Shown piece by piece: positions 8,484 to 18,182 of a stretch of 36,036 bases of DNA. The notes under the pieces are model-generated. The model had not been told where the DNA came from. It saw only the letters and a program-made list of their open reading frames with translations, and did no database searches. The translations under genes and the position numbers were made by a program. Within the stretch, counting starts at the first letter, position 1. Each line of letters begins with the position of its first letter. Origin of the DNA: Thermoproteota archaeon (GTDB lineage: Archaea; Asgardarchaeota; Njordarchaeia; Njordarchaeales; Panguiarchaeaceae); the NCBI GenBank assembly GCA_024720975.1, contig JANJXX010000009.1, positions 1 through 36,036 of the forward strand, written 5' to 3'.

Positions 8484-9230
8484 TTGAACGACACCCTTGA
8501 GGAGGCAGCTAGAATAATTGCTGGATCCAAAAATTTGATTGCATTCACGGGATCTGGAATTAGCGCTGAGTCCGGGATACCTACATTTAGAGGAAAAGAT
8601 GGACTTTGGAATAAGTATAACCCTGCCGAACTAGCCACTTTCGAAGCATTTATTAACAATCCAAAAGTCGTATGGGAGTGGTATAGTTGGAGAATAAATC
8701 TGGTTCTTAACGCAAAACCTAATCTTGCACATGAAGCCATCGCTAGGCTCGAAAATGCTGGCATTCTAAAAGTTGTGATAACGCAAAATGTTGATGATTT
8801 ACACGAACGCGCCGGAACGAAGAACCTCATCAAGCTTCACGGTGATATCCTAATTGCAAGGTGTATATCATGCAATTACAAAGAGCGTCTGTCAGAATCT
8901 CCAAGGAATATACCCCCAAGATGCCCCGTTTGTGGAGGCCTATTAAGACCTGATGTAGTATGGTTCGGAGAACCCCTTCCAACGAAGGAACTCAAAGCTG
9001 CAACTGAGGCTGCGAGGAAAGCAGATGTTATTTTAGTTGTAGGCACCTCAGGTGTTGTGTATCCTGCATGCTTAATTCCCTTTGTTGTAAAAAATGCTGG
9101 AGGAAAAGTCATTGAAGTGAATATATCTGAGTCGGCCATAACGGAAATAGCTGACGTGTTTTTTAAGGGACCCGCCAGTAGAGTTCTCTCAGCCCTAGTT
9201 TCAAGGGTTAATGAACTCTTGAAGAAGTGA
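8484..9230 (+). CDS. cobB: NAD-dependent protein deacylase, Sir2/CobB class III
   Basis: [20 protein letters not shown] (YxxR), [11 protein letters not shown], CxxC...CxxC zinc site, [18 protein letters not shown]. Likely TTG start at 8484, after GGTGGA and just past the Urm1 stop. Confidence 0.95.
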   Translation: MNDTLEEAARIIAGSKNLIAFTGSGISAESGIPTFRGKDGLWNKYNPAELATFEAFINNPKVVWEWYSWRINLVLNAKPNLAHEAIARLENAGILKVVITQNVDDLHERAGTKNLIKLHGDILIARCISCNYKERLSESPRNIPPRCPVCGGLLRPDVVWFGEPLPTKELKAATEAARKADVILVVGTSGVVYPACLIPFVVKNAGGKVIEVNISESAITEIADVFFKGPASRVLSALVSRVNELLKK

Positions 9231-9234
9231 TTCA

Positions 9235-9828
9235 ATGATCAAAAGAATCTTAGGTTTAGATCCATCTGGCAGAGACGGAAAGTCATCTGGTTTTTGCCTG
9301 ATCTATGACTTTGAGATAATTGCGATAGGAGAATTCAAAACGCTTAGTTATCTTATAGAATACATATATCTACTAAAGCCTGAGCTCGTTGCGATAGATT
9401 CTCCGCTGAACTACCCATCAGAGGGACCCTATAGGAAATGTGATTTACTACTAAAGAAAAATGCTCTAAATCCTCTTCCACTTAACATGCCCGGAATGAG
9501 ACAACTTATTGAGAGAGCATTGAAGATTATAAACGTTCTGGAGGATATCAATGCTAAATATATCGAAACATTTCCAGCCGGGGCCCTCCGTATGTTAGGC
9601 TTTAGAAAGCCTAAGAGTCTCAAGGAGCGAAAACGCTATTTTGAGAGAATAAGAACACTTTTTAGCCTTAGAAGCATTGTTAACGCTAGTAAACTCACAA
9701 AGGATGAATTTGATGCTTTTATCTGTGCAGTAACAGGGTATGCATTCACTATAGGTCGATACAGAGAATATGCTAGTGAGGATTGTAAGATAATCCTCCC
9801 GGTGATTTTCACTAATAGCGCATTATAA
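9235..9828 (+). CDS. DUF429 family predicted nuclease (RNase H-like fold)
   Basis: ILGLDPSG, VAIDSPL, YRKCD, IETFP and DEFDAFICA motifs. Confidence 0.8.
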   Translation: MIKRILGLDPSGRDGKSSGFCLIYDFEIIAIGEFKTLSYLIEYIYLLKPELVAIDSPLNYPSEGPYRKCDLLLKKNALNPLPLNMPGMRQLIERALKIINVLEDINAKYIETFPAGALRMLGFRKPKSLKERKRYFERIRTLFSLRSIVNASKLTKDEFDAFICAVTGYAFTIGRYREYASEDCKIILPVIFTNSAL

Positions 9829-10645
9829 GTCTTTGTATTCTGGGTATAACGGGAGGCCTCCTCTTATGCTTATACTTTGTTAATCGTTTTAGAACGATTT
9901 CAAGTGTTTCTTCTTTTATGCCAATAGCGTTTGTTACTTCTGGCGGACTTAAACCAAGCTCTATTAAGGCATAAAGTACGCAATCTATGTCCTCATAGCG
10001 AGCCCCAAGTTCATCCTCTGCTAGATGTCCAGTCCAGAAGCCTGGGCTACTAGCTTTCGATACTATTCTCTCTGGTATTCCAAGTTTCATTGCTAATAGC
10101 CTGACTTGTGTCTTATACAAGTCTCCTATGGGCATTATGTCAGCCGCTCCATCGCCATATTTTGTAAAGTATCCCAATAGTATCTCGCTCTTATCTGAGG
10201 TTCCAACGACGAGACCATTTAAGCAATTAGCATAAGCATAAAGCAAAATCATGCGTGTCCTAGCCATAATGTTTCCGAGGGTAATTTTTCCTAGAGTACC
10301 TAGGCTTCCCTCAAGAGATCTTCTGACAGTATCTACGATGGACCTAATATCGATGATTTCATACTTAACTCCAAGGCTTTCACAGAGCGAGATGGCGTCC
10401 TCGATATCAGACTTTAGAGAGACGCCCTCATATGGTAGTATTAAAGCACGAACGTTTTCTTTTCCAAGGGCTTCAGTTAGCAGAGCTGCAGTCACGGACG
10501 AATCCAGACCGCCACTCAGACCTACAATTGCAGCTCTGGCTCCAGAGTGTGTGAAATATTCCCTAATGAAGCGTACAATGAGGAGTCTAGTTAAATCAAG
10601 GTCGATACTAGTAAGTCCTTTAAGCGCTTCTTCGCGTGTTAACAA
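9812..10645 (-). CDS. nadE: NH3-dependent NAD+ synthetase
   Basis: VGLSGGLDSSV, GNIMARTRM, GTSDKSE, GYFTKYGDG, DLYKTQV. In-frame TTG at 10645 is the probable start; the ORF-track extension to 10732 is likely non-coding. Confidence 0.95.
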   Translation of the reverse strand: MLTREEALKGLTSIDLDLTRLLIVRFIREYFTHSGARAAIVGLSGGLDSSVTAALLTEALGKENVRALILPYEGVSLKSDIEDAISLCESLGVKYEIIDIRSIVDTVRRSLEGSLGTLGKITLGNIMARTRMILLYAYANCLNGLVVGTSDKSEILLGYFTKYGDGAADIMPIGDLYKTQVRLLAMKLGIPERIVSKASSPGFWTGHLAEDELGARYEDIDCVLYALIELGLSPPEVTNAIGIKEETLEIVLKRLTKYKHKRRPPVIPRIQRLIMRY

Positions 10646-10747
10646 AATGTACACCAGGCTTATATACAGGTAAATATGTCTAGTACTAATAGCAGTTATC
10701 AAACAATATAACAAGCGTTTCAAATTATGCATTTGCTGGTCCTGCCT

Positions 10748-11464
10748 ATGGAGGTTTCATTGGTATTTTTCCTCAAGCCAGACGCTGTAGCTAGAAGGTA
10801 TGCTGGAGCGCGATCACTGAAAATGCTTATGGATAACGCTAGTGACATAGAGTTTCTATGCTTTGAAGAAATAAGAGCTTGTAAGGATTTTCTGGCCGAT
10901 CAACATTACGTTGAACATAAGGGAAAGTTCTTCTTCGATTGGTTAGTAGATTACATAGCATCCGGTCCAATTTTAGTCTCAATAATTAGGACAACAAATG
11001 AGGGGGTTTCTAAGATAAGGGAGATCCTGGGACCGACTTTTCCAGAAAAAGCAGAAATAGAAGCACCAAATTCAATCAGAGCGCGATATGGAATAATGGC
11101 AGGTGTTAATATAGCACATGCATCTGACTCTACTGAAAGTGCCAAAAGGGAAGCTTCAATATGGATTCCATACCTGAGAGATGAATTCAGGATAGACATA
11201 AGTAAATCTAATCCTAGAGTCGTTGAGGATGCTATTCAAGGTTATATACAAACCTACATAGATTATCCAATGGTCGATCCTATTAGATACAGAGAGCTAC
11301 TGAGATTAGTCATCAACGACATAGAACGACGCCACGAGGTAGAGACAAGAATAGCTAAACTTTTAGCTCTAGAGATGGGTAAGGAATACGTACTGTCTTC
11401 ATATTCAAGCAAACTTGCTAAGATAATCGTAGACAGTGTTTTATTATCAAAAAGTAAGCGATAG
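10748..11464 (+). CDS. ndk: Nucleoside diphosphate kinase with an approximately 100-aa C-terminal extension
   Basis: LKPDAV, HYVEHKGKFFF, SGP, REILGPT, PNSIRARYG, catalytic NIAHASDS. Start ATG 10748. Confidence 0.9.
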   Translation: MEVSLVFFLKPDAVARRYAGARSLKMLMDNASDIEFLCFEEIRACKDFLADQHYVEHKGKFFFDWLVDYIASGPILVSIIRTTNEGVSKIREILGPTFPEKAEIEAPNSIRARYGIMAGVNIAHASDSTESAKREASIWIPYLRDEFRIDISKSNPRVVEDAIQGYIQTYIDYPMVDPIRYRELLRLVINDIERRHEVETRIAKLLALEMGKEYVLSSYSSKLAKIIVDSVLLSKSKR

Positions 11465-11567
11465 CATTGCCCAAAAATGACCTTTTGTAACTGGCTACTA
11501 AGCATTAGATTCCAACACTTTGATTAAGTGAGCAAAACTGGACAAGAGGGAGACTATAACAATTCTT

Positions 11568-12146
11568 ATGATCATGCTGTTATCACTGGCATTGATTCCA
11601 CTCGATGTGGAGATAATACAAGCCGTAGTATCTTTACGCACGCCTCTGGTTAACTGGTTCATGATATACTATACAACATATGGTAACTATATATTTGCTC
11701 TCATCGAAGGACTCATCCTCATATTTTCCAGAAAACGTAATTACAGAGACATTTTATATCTTGTTCTTAACTCATATGCTGGCTGGTTTATTGCAGACAG
11801 AATAGTCGAATCATTAAAAAACATAGTCCGAAGACCGCGACCCTACGTTCTTTTCAATTCAATAGAACCATTAGTCAAAAGCGATGGATTTAGCTTCCCC
11901 TCAGGGCATTCAAGCGCGGCATGGGCCTTAGCATTACCATTTATGATGGTTATAAATTCTCACAAGGTTAAGTTCACGCTAGTACTATTTGCTACCCTCA
12001 TAAGTTTTTCTAGAGTCTATTGTGGGGTTCATTTTCTTTCAGACGTTATTTTCGGTGGGTGCATTGGATACGTGATCTCTAAGAGTATCTTCGAAAATGT
12101 GGTAGCTAAACAATTGGAAGCCAGGGATCGTTTGCAACAATATTAA
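11568..12146 (+). CDS. PAP2 family membrane phosphatase (lipid-carrier pyrophosphate phosphatase-like)
   Basis: KNIVRRPRP, SFPSGHS and SRVYCGVHFLSDV motifs plus hydrophobic helices. Confidence 0.92.
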   Translation: MIMLLSLALIPLDVEIIQAVVSLRTPLVNWFMIYYTTYGNYIFALIEGLILIFSRKRNYRDILYLVLNSYAGWFIADRIVESLKNIVRRPRPYVLFNSIEPLVKSDGFSFPSGHSSAAWALALPFMMVINSHKVKFTLVLFATLISFSRVYCGVHFLSDVIFGGCIGYVISKSIFENVVAKQLEARDRLQQY

Positions 12147-12295
12147 AGCGAGGAATCTTGACAAAATTCGATTGCCATTGGCAAAATATCTAATAGATAA
12201 ACTTTATAAATAGAATTTTAATTCTGGCTATGTTAGATGCTTGCGAATTTTAAGCTCTTTCTGGTCTTTGTTGATAGGATAATAAAGGCAACTAG

Positions 12296-15200
12296 ATGAA
12301 TAAAGATCAAATGATTTGTCTACTCATACTAGCACTAGTTATAAGTGCTCAATATTCCGCGACGTTTGCTGCCTCAACAGTCGAGTACGAAGGTAACTCA
12401 CGAGATATGAAAGTGCTTGCGCAGACAACGAAGGATGCAAAATTCATTCGTTCGCAAGACACGAGATTTGGAAGTCATCTGCAGATTATGGGAATATCCT
12501 CTGAGGTTGGTTGGAAGGATCCATACTTTGATCTAGCAGCATATTGGGCCCCAGTAATTTATCAGGACACTGACGACTCATACTATAAGGGAGACTATAT
12601 TACTCGCTTTGATTTTGATGGAGATTGGATTGGAAACAACAACTGGGAGAATTTGGAGTATTATAATCAAATATATGCATACGTATATTACGCTGTAATT
12701 GAAACGGAAACTCACTATTTCATTTTCTACATGTTCTTTCATCCTAGAGACTGGGATGACATTCCTCTCTCCATACTGCAACATGAAAACGATATGGAGG
12801 GAGTATTAATAGTTATCACCAAAGGTCAAGGCTATGGGTCATTTCTCTTGATGGAGTCACGGGCTCATTTTGATTTCTATCAATATACTAATGATCCCAA
12901 TATTGGGTCAGGGTCAGATAATGTTGATGGGGGTGTAATATTTCAAAATGGCAGGCCAACGGTATTCATAGAGGCAAAAGGTCATGGAGTTTACGCGTGG
13001 GATGGTTCAGAATTTCCAGGGGGAGATGGTGTAATTTATCGCTACTATAACAACCAGACTGATTATCCCACAAGTGGCAATGATCGTGATGTAGAATATG
13101 CCCTTGTACCAATAATAAGAACACTTTGGCCGAGGAGATATAGCATTGGGGATGGACTTACATATGATAAACCATTCATATATTCTGGTGCTAGGTACAG
13201 CTTCCAACGGGCCATTGGAGGTGCATTTGATGGAGATACTTATACGCCCGATGCCGCAAATCCTCCATGGGGGATGGATGATTCAAATGATGGTCCAGTT
13301 TATATGGGTGATTGGTTTTTTGATCCTGCATATACGATCCAAACGCATCTAAGCATTCCTTATAGTTTCTCTTTGAATTATGTTTACAATCCATATTTAA
13401 TCGAGGATGATCCGGAGTGGGATGCTCCAACAATAACTTTGAACTCACCGATTCCAGATAAATATTACAATACTAATGAGATATCGATTAGCGTCTCTGT
13501 AGATGATGCCTTTGACATATACTTACTGACTATTACCATAAACGGATCTGTAATATACACCAGCAGGTCAAAAGGAATCCATTCATTTATATACAATGCA
13601 CCCTCAGATGGTGTTTATCTTGCTAGCATAATGGCCATGGACATCTGGGGAAACTATCGCAATATAAGCTTTAAATTTTTCATTGACACAGCTGCACCCA
13701 GTATAGAAACAACGATAAATAATGGAAGTTGGGTAGCAGGTTCAAGTCTTGACTTTTATTGGTATGCTGCAGATAATTTTGGGATAAATAAAGTAACCGT
13801 ACTATTAGATAATATAAAAGTTGTTGATAGATACGCTAGCAGTGGTTATGAGAATATAACCTTTAACAATGAAGGTCTACATACAATCACCTTAAAAGTC
13901 TATGACTTAGCCTCAAATTTAAATCAAGTAAATTATATCGTTCGTGTGGACTATAGCCAACCTATGTTGTCAATAATCAGCCCCGAGAACAATACGATTA
14001 CTTCGAATAACTCAGTTACCATACGTTGGTGGTCTTATGATTCTGTTTACTTAGACAAGCATGAAATATATATCAACAATCAGTTGCTTGCATTGCTAAA
14101 TAATTCGACGAGAGAATTCACAATAAATAATGTACCTGAAGGTACACATGTAATAAAGATAGTCGCGTATGATCGCGTTGGGCATGTAGCCTCACGGGAG
14201 ATAACAGTAAGAGTAGATAGAACTCCTCCCAGTCTTGATATTTTGTCACCACAAAATGATTCTCTAGTACCGATGAGATTTAACATTACGTGGCATGCAA
14301 ATGATAATATGGGATTATCAATAATAAGGCTCTTGCTTGATGATATTCCCTACGCTGAACTCGCTCCCACGATTTCAACCTACGAGATAGAATTAGACAG
14401 TGGCGGGCTCCATACTGTAAAAATTGTAGCATACGACGTAGTTGGTCTATATTCGGAAAAGGTTATTACTGTCTATTGTGACATTTTCCCGCCCATTGTT
14501 ACTATTCAAACTGAGAATGGTACCGTATTCAGAACTGATATAGTCTTTATTAGCTGGAACGTTCAAGAGGATTATGGGATATCATCCAGGTACGTAGTTG
14601 TTGATAGCAATTACATTCCAGTATATAAAGATAACATTACCCTTGCTTTAAGTGAAGGAATGCACGTGATACTGGTTCGCATAGTTGACGTGGCTGGAAA
14701 CATTGGTGAAGCCAAGATAACAATATTTGTTGATATAAATCCTCCGTACGTTAGGATAGTCTCACCTGTAAATGGTAGTTACATTTCACAAAGACTAATC
14801 ACAATATCATGGTACGCAACAGATGCTTGTGGAATTGTAAGAACTGAGGTGCATGTGAACAATGTAATATACTACCCTCAGGGAAGCTCAATAACCGTGG
14901 AACTAACCTCTGAAGGATTATATAATTTGACCCTAATCGTCTTTGATTATGCTGGAAATAGTGCGCGTTCTCTTGTAATGGTAACAGCTGACTTTACTCC
15001 TCCTACGTTGGTGGTGATAAGTCCAGAAAATTATAGTAGATATCCAAGTAATGTAGATGTAGCGTGGTCGGCCAGTGATGCACTCAGTGGCATCTCGAGG
15101 GTAAGGATTTTCGTAAATGGTTCTTTGTTTAGCGAATTTGCATCCAGCTCTGGAAGTAAGACTCTGAGTCTAACTGGCGGCTTCTATATAATCACAGTTG

Positions 15201-16996
15201 AGGCTATAGATGGGGCAGGCAACAATAGGTGCATAAATGTTTATGTGTTTGTTGCATATTTGCAGATAATCAGTCCAGAAAATAATGCAAATGTCTCGCT
15301 TAAAGTTATTAGCTTAATCGTTCACGCTGTTTATGTATACGATGTAAAGGTGTATATTAATGGATCATACATCGCCACTTTTAATGTTAATCAGCAAATA
15401 GCTTTGGAATTGCCGAACGAGGGACAATGGATAATCACCGTGACAGACTCTACTCAGCCTTGTATAAATGCAAGCATTCGCATCAGAGCTGACTGGACCC
15501 CTCCCTCAATAGTGATTAATCTTCCAGAGTATTCAAATACAAGCAAGCTAAGAGTTTCATGGAGTGGGTATGACACTGGTTCAGATATAAAGGAGTTTGA
15601 GTTATATGTTAATGGTTCTAAGTATTGGAATGGTAAATCAAATAGTGTATGGATAACTCTCTCAGAAGGCATATGGAACATTACCGTAGTTGCAATTGAT
15701 TTCGCTGGTAATAGACAAGCCTCGTGGCGCATTGCAATTATTGATCTAACACCACCAATAGTGCTACTATCGATAACTAATGGAACGACATTCCAGACCG
15801 TATACATCTCAATAAGTTGGAATACAACAGACAACCTCAGTGGGGTGTCTAATGTATCAATTTATCTAAATGGCGTACTTCAAGGAATATATAGCGCTAG
15901 CGGTTCAATAGACCTTATGTTAAAGAATGGTCAATATAGAATAACTTTGACAACGCGCGATAGAGCAGGAAATTACGGATACACAACAGCAGTCTTTAGT
16001 GTTTCTGCGCCACCATTGTTACTTGTGTATGGGCCAGAGAATAACTCTTACATAGCAAATAGCACAGTATCATTTTCATGGAGTGTATTCAATGGTCAAT
16101 TGAAGGAACAAAAAGTTTATTTGAATGGCAAGGAACTAAGCGTCTCGGGGACGAGTGTTACTCTTGAAAATCTTGCTGATGGTATGTATAATCTGACAGT
16201 AGTCGTTGAGACCACAGAAGGAGAAATACTAAGTGTCTCAGTCATATTTTATATAGATAAAACACCACCAGAGCTTGAAATACTCAAACCTGCAAATTGC
16301 TCGTACACAAACAAAACCTATGTAAAGATAGAAGTCATTTACTCTGATAATTTTGAAGTCGTGAGGATGATGTTATTAGTGAACGATACTGTATTCGAAT
16401 TATCTCCAACGAACAGCATAGATCTAAATCTTAAAGAGGGCGATTACATTATCGCAATAAGAGTTTATGATCGAGCTGGAAATTATAACGAGAAGGTATT
16501 AAGACTAACGGTAGATTTAACAAACCCAACAGTAAGAATAATAGAACCTGAGAACAACACACAAACTAATAAATCCGAGATAACGATTAAATGGTATACT
16601 GTTGATAATGTTGGTGTTGAACGAATTGAAGTATGGGTAAACAATACACTAGTTGCTGTGCTTCATGGGGATGTGCGCAGCTATACAATACTAATAAACG
16701 CGTCTGTGATTGTAAGAATTATAGTCTACGATTTAGCTGGTAACAGTGCGTATGATGAAATACTAGTGCGTTTTAATACTAATCAAAATAAAGAAGTGAA
16801 CTCATTAGCGTTGTTTGGTGAAGTTGGCATAGCTTTCTTATTCCTGGCAACTATTGCGCTTGGAGCTGTAATTATTATATGGAAAAACAAAAAGAAATCA
16901 CCCCCTAAAAAGATGACGGCGTATGAAGAGTATGATGCATCTGTTTTGTCTGAAATTGCAGAAGAACTAGATGAGCTTTTCACAGATGAATTATAA
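12296..16996 (+). CDS. Large secreted, membrane-anchored protein: signal peptide, approximately 300-aa putative catalytic head (HENDMEG motif), about 13 bacterial Ig-like domains, TM helix and acidic tail
   Basis: Hydrophobic N-terminus; repeated DxTPPxhxIxSPxN...AxDxAGN units rich in N-glycosylation sequons; TM VGIAFLFLATIALGAVIIIW followed by KNKKK. Confidence 0.88.
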   Translation: MNKDQMICLLILALVISAQYSATFAASTVEYEGNSRDMKVLAQTTKDAKFIRSQDTRFGSHLQIMGISSEVGWKDPYFDLAAYWAPVIYQDTDDSYYKGDYITRFDFDGDWIGNNNWENLEYYNQIYAYVYYAVIETETHYFIFYMFFHPRDWDDIPLSILQHENDMEGVLIVITKGQGYGSFLLMESRAHFDFYQYTNDPNIGSGSDNVDGGVIFQNGRPTVFIEAKGHGVYAWDGSEFPGGDGVIYRYYNNQTDYPTSGNDRDVEYALVPIIRTLWPRRYSIGDGLTYDKPFIYSGARYSFQRAIGGAFDGDTYTPDAANPPWGMDDSNDGPVYMGDWFFDPAYTIQTHLSIPYSFSLNYVYNPYLIEDDPEWDAPTITLNSPIPDKYYNTNEISISVSVDDAFDIYLLTITINGSVIYTSRSKGIHSFIYNAPSDGVYLASIMAMDIWGNYRNISFKFFIDTAAPSIETTINNGSWVAGSSLDFYWYAADNFGINKVTVLLDNIKVVDRYASSGYENITFNNEGLHTITLKVYDLASNLNQVNYIVRVDYSQPMLSIISPENNTITSNNSVTIRWWSYDSVYLDKHEIYINNQLLALLNNSTREFTINNVPEGTHVIKIVAYDRVGHVASREITVRVDRTPPSLDILSPQNDSLVPMRFNITWHANDNMGLSIIRLLLDDIPYAELAPTISTYEIELDSGGLHTVKIVAYDVVGLYSEKVITVYCDIFPPIVTIQTENGTVFRTDIVFISWNVQEDYGISSRYVVVDSNYIPVYKDNITLALSEGMHVILVRIVDVAGNIGEAKITIFVDINPPYVRIVSPVNGSYISQRLITISWYATDACGIVRTEVHVNNVIYYPQGSSITVELTSEGLYNLTLIVFDYAGNSARSLVMVTADFTPPTLVVISPENYSRYPSNVDVAWSASDALSGISRVRIFVNGSLFSEFASSSGSKTLSLTGGFYIITVEAIDGAGNNRCINVYVFVAYLQIISPENNANVSLKVISLIVHAVYVYDVKVYINGSYIATFNVNQQIALELPNEGQWIITVTDSTQPCINASIRIRADWTPPSIVINLPEYSNTSKLRVSWSGYDTGSDIKEFELYVNGSKYWNGKSNSVWITLSEGIWNITVVAIDFAGNRQASWRIAIIDLTPPIVLLSITNGTTFQTVYISISWNTTDNLSGVSNVSIYLNGVLQGIYSASGSIDLMLKNGQYRITLTTRDRAGNYGYTTAVFSVSAPPLLLVYGPENNSYIANSTVSFSWSVFNGQLKEQKVYLNGKELSVSGTSVTLENLADGMYNLTVVVETTEGEILSVSVIFYIDKTPPELEILKPANCSYTNKTYVKIEVIYSDNFEVVRMMLLVNDTVFELSPTNSIDLNLKEGDYIIAIRVYDRAGNYNEKVLRLTVDLTNPTVRIIEPENNTQTNKSEITIKWYTVDNVGVERIEVWVNNTLVAVLHGDVRSYTILINASVIVRIIVYDLAGNSAYDEILVRFNTNQNKEVNSLALFGEVGIAFLFLATIALGAVIIIWKNKKKSPPKKMTAYEEYDASVLSEIAEELDELFTDEL

Positions 16997-17460
16997 TTCG
17001 GTAGCTAGAAAACGCAGTGGCAAATGCCTAGCAAAGTTAATTATTTTTAGAGTTGCGGAAATTTTGAAACCTAGCAAATATCAGGAAAATTCGTTGAGTG
17101 TTAAAGCAAAAGTTCTAAGACTGGATAAGTGTGTTGAAAGAATAAGACTGACTATCAAAAGCGTTTTAAAAAAGCTCATTGGTGGCTAGATTAATTTTAA
17201 AACTCCCAGATAAGATCATTCAGAAATCCGCCAGGATTCTACATATGCGCATTCAAACTCCCTTCCGCCCCACCTTTTGCACACATTATTAATAGTTCTA
17301 ATTACGCCTAATTCTGACCATTTGCTAAGAGATAAAATAATTGTGCTGAAGTGTCTCAGAAAGGTTCTTAAATCCTCAGAAGTGATAATCAAAATATTCT
17401 CATTTTATTAGCTAAATTGGCTCAGGCGATTTAGCTCTGGTGATCTGTTTGAAGAGGTCA

Positions 17461-18141
17461 ATGTGCATAATCATTATGGGTCCACCTGGCGCTGGTAAGG
17501 GAACCCAAGCGATTAGGGTAGGCGAAGCTCTAGGGTTTCCTCTGATATCCATGGGAGCTTTAATAAGAACGCTCTTTAACAGGGAGACGGACTTTGATGC
17601 ACAAGGATTACGCATCGCCTTTGGTGACGGCTATAAGGAGATAATAGCATCAGCTGCAAAGAAAGCTATAGAGGAACTCAAGGCTAGGGGATTGTCTTGG
17701 GGTGAGCTGACGATAGATGAAATCCATAAAATGCATGATTCAGGAAAACTTCTCCCGGATGAATTCATAATGACTTTTCTGAAGGCAGCTCTTACTCAAA
17801 TAACGAATAAAGTATCAAAGGGTATATTGCTTGATGGAGTCCCAAGAACAGTGGAACAGGCGAAGATGCTTTATCCTGTGCTAGAAGCTGTTGGAATTCG
17901 CGAGTTAAAAGTTATCTTTCTGGACGTTCCTAGAGAGGTTTGTTTCGATAGAATAGTAAAGCGTGCTCAAGAGCAACCTACACGCGCGGATCAAGAAAGT
18001 TTTGAGGTTCGTTGGAAGGAGTATGAAGAAAAGACAGTTCCTCTACTGAGATACTATGAAAGTATGGGCGTCCTCAGAAAAGTTGATGGTGTAGGGGCGA
18101 TAGAAGAGATAACACGAAGAATTCTCGATGTCCTAAGCTAA
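17461..18141 (+). CDS. adk: Adenylate/NMP kinase, bacterial-type short-LID, with an insertion in the NMP-binding domain
   Basis: GPPGAGKGTQA, ISMGALIR, GKLLPDE, LDGVPRTVEQA, TVPLLRYY, VDG. ATG 17461 is preceded by GAGGT. Confidence 0.85.
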   Translation: MCIIIMGPPGAGKGTQAIRVGEALGFPLISMGALIRTLFNRETDFDAQGLRIAFGDGYKEIIASAAKKAIEELKARGLSWGELTIDEIHKMHDSGKLLPDEFIMTFLKAALTQITNKVSKGILLDGVPRTVEQAKMLYPVLEAVGIRELKVIFLDVPREVCFDRIVKRAQEQPTRADQESFEVRWKEYEEKTVPLLRYYESMGVLRKVDGVGAIEEITRRILDVLS

Positions 18142-18182
18142 GGCATTAAAAGTCTGTTTTTCAACACTTTATAGAGATTAAG

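Noticed and set aside
8484-9828. Sir2 plus nuclease as an anti-phage defence system (Thoeris, DSR or Sir2-HerA type)
   Set aside because: The sirtuin is a canonical zinc-containing CobB deacylase, not a SIR2_2-type NADase, and the context is housekeeping.
16982-16996. C-terminal TDEL resembling the KDEL/HDEL ER-retrieval signal
   Set aside because: It lies on the cytoplasmic side of the TM helix (wrong topology) and a 4-residue match is weak; it is better explained as part of the shared acidic tail motif.
16971-17189. 72-aa ORF with a segment (VKAKVLRLDKCVERIRLTIK) reminiscent of an S1-domain C-terminus
   Set aside because: Overlaps the upstream gene, has no convincing start, and the rest does not resemble S1; at most a remnant.
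17220-17280. Locally GC-rich patch ending ttcaaactcccttccgccccacctttt, resembling a tRNA or SRP RNA 3' end or an att site
   Set aside because: No T-arm or acceptor-stem pairing can be built and no matching 5' half or second copy is visible.
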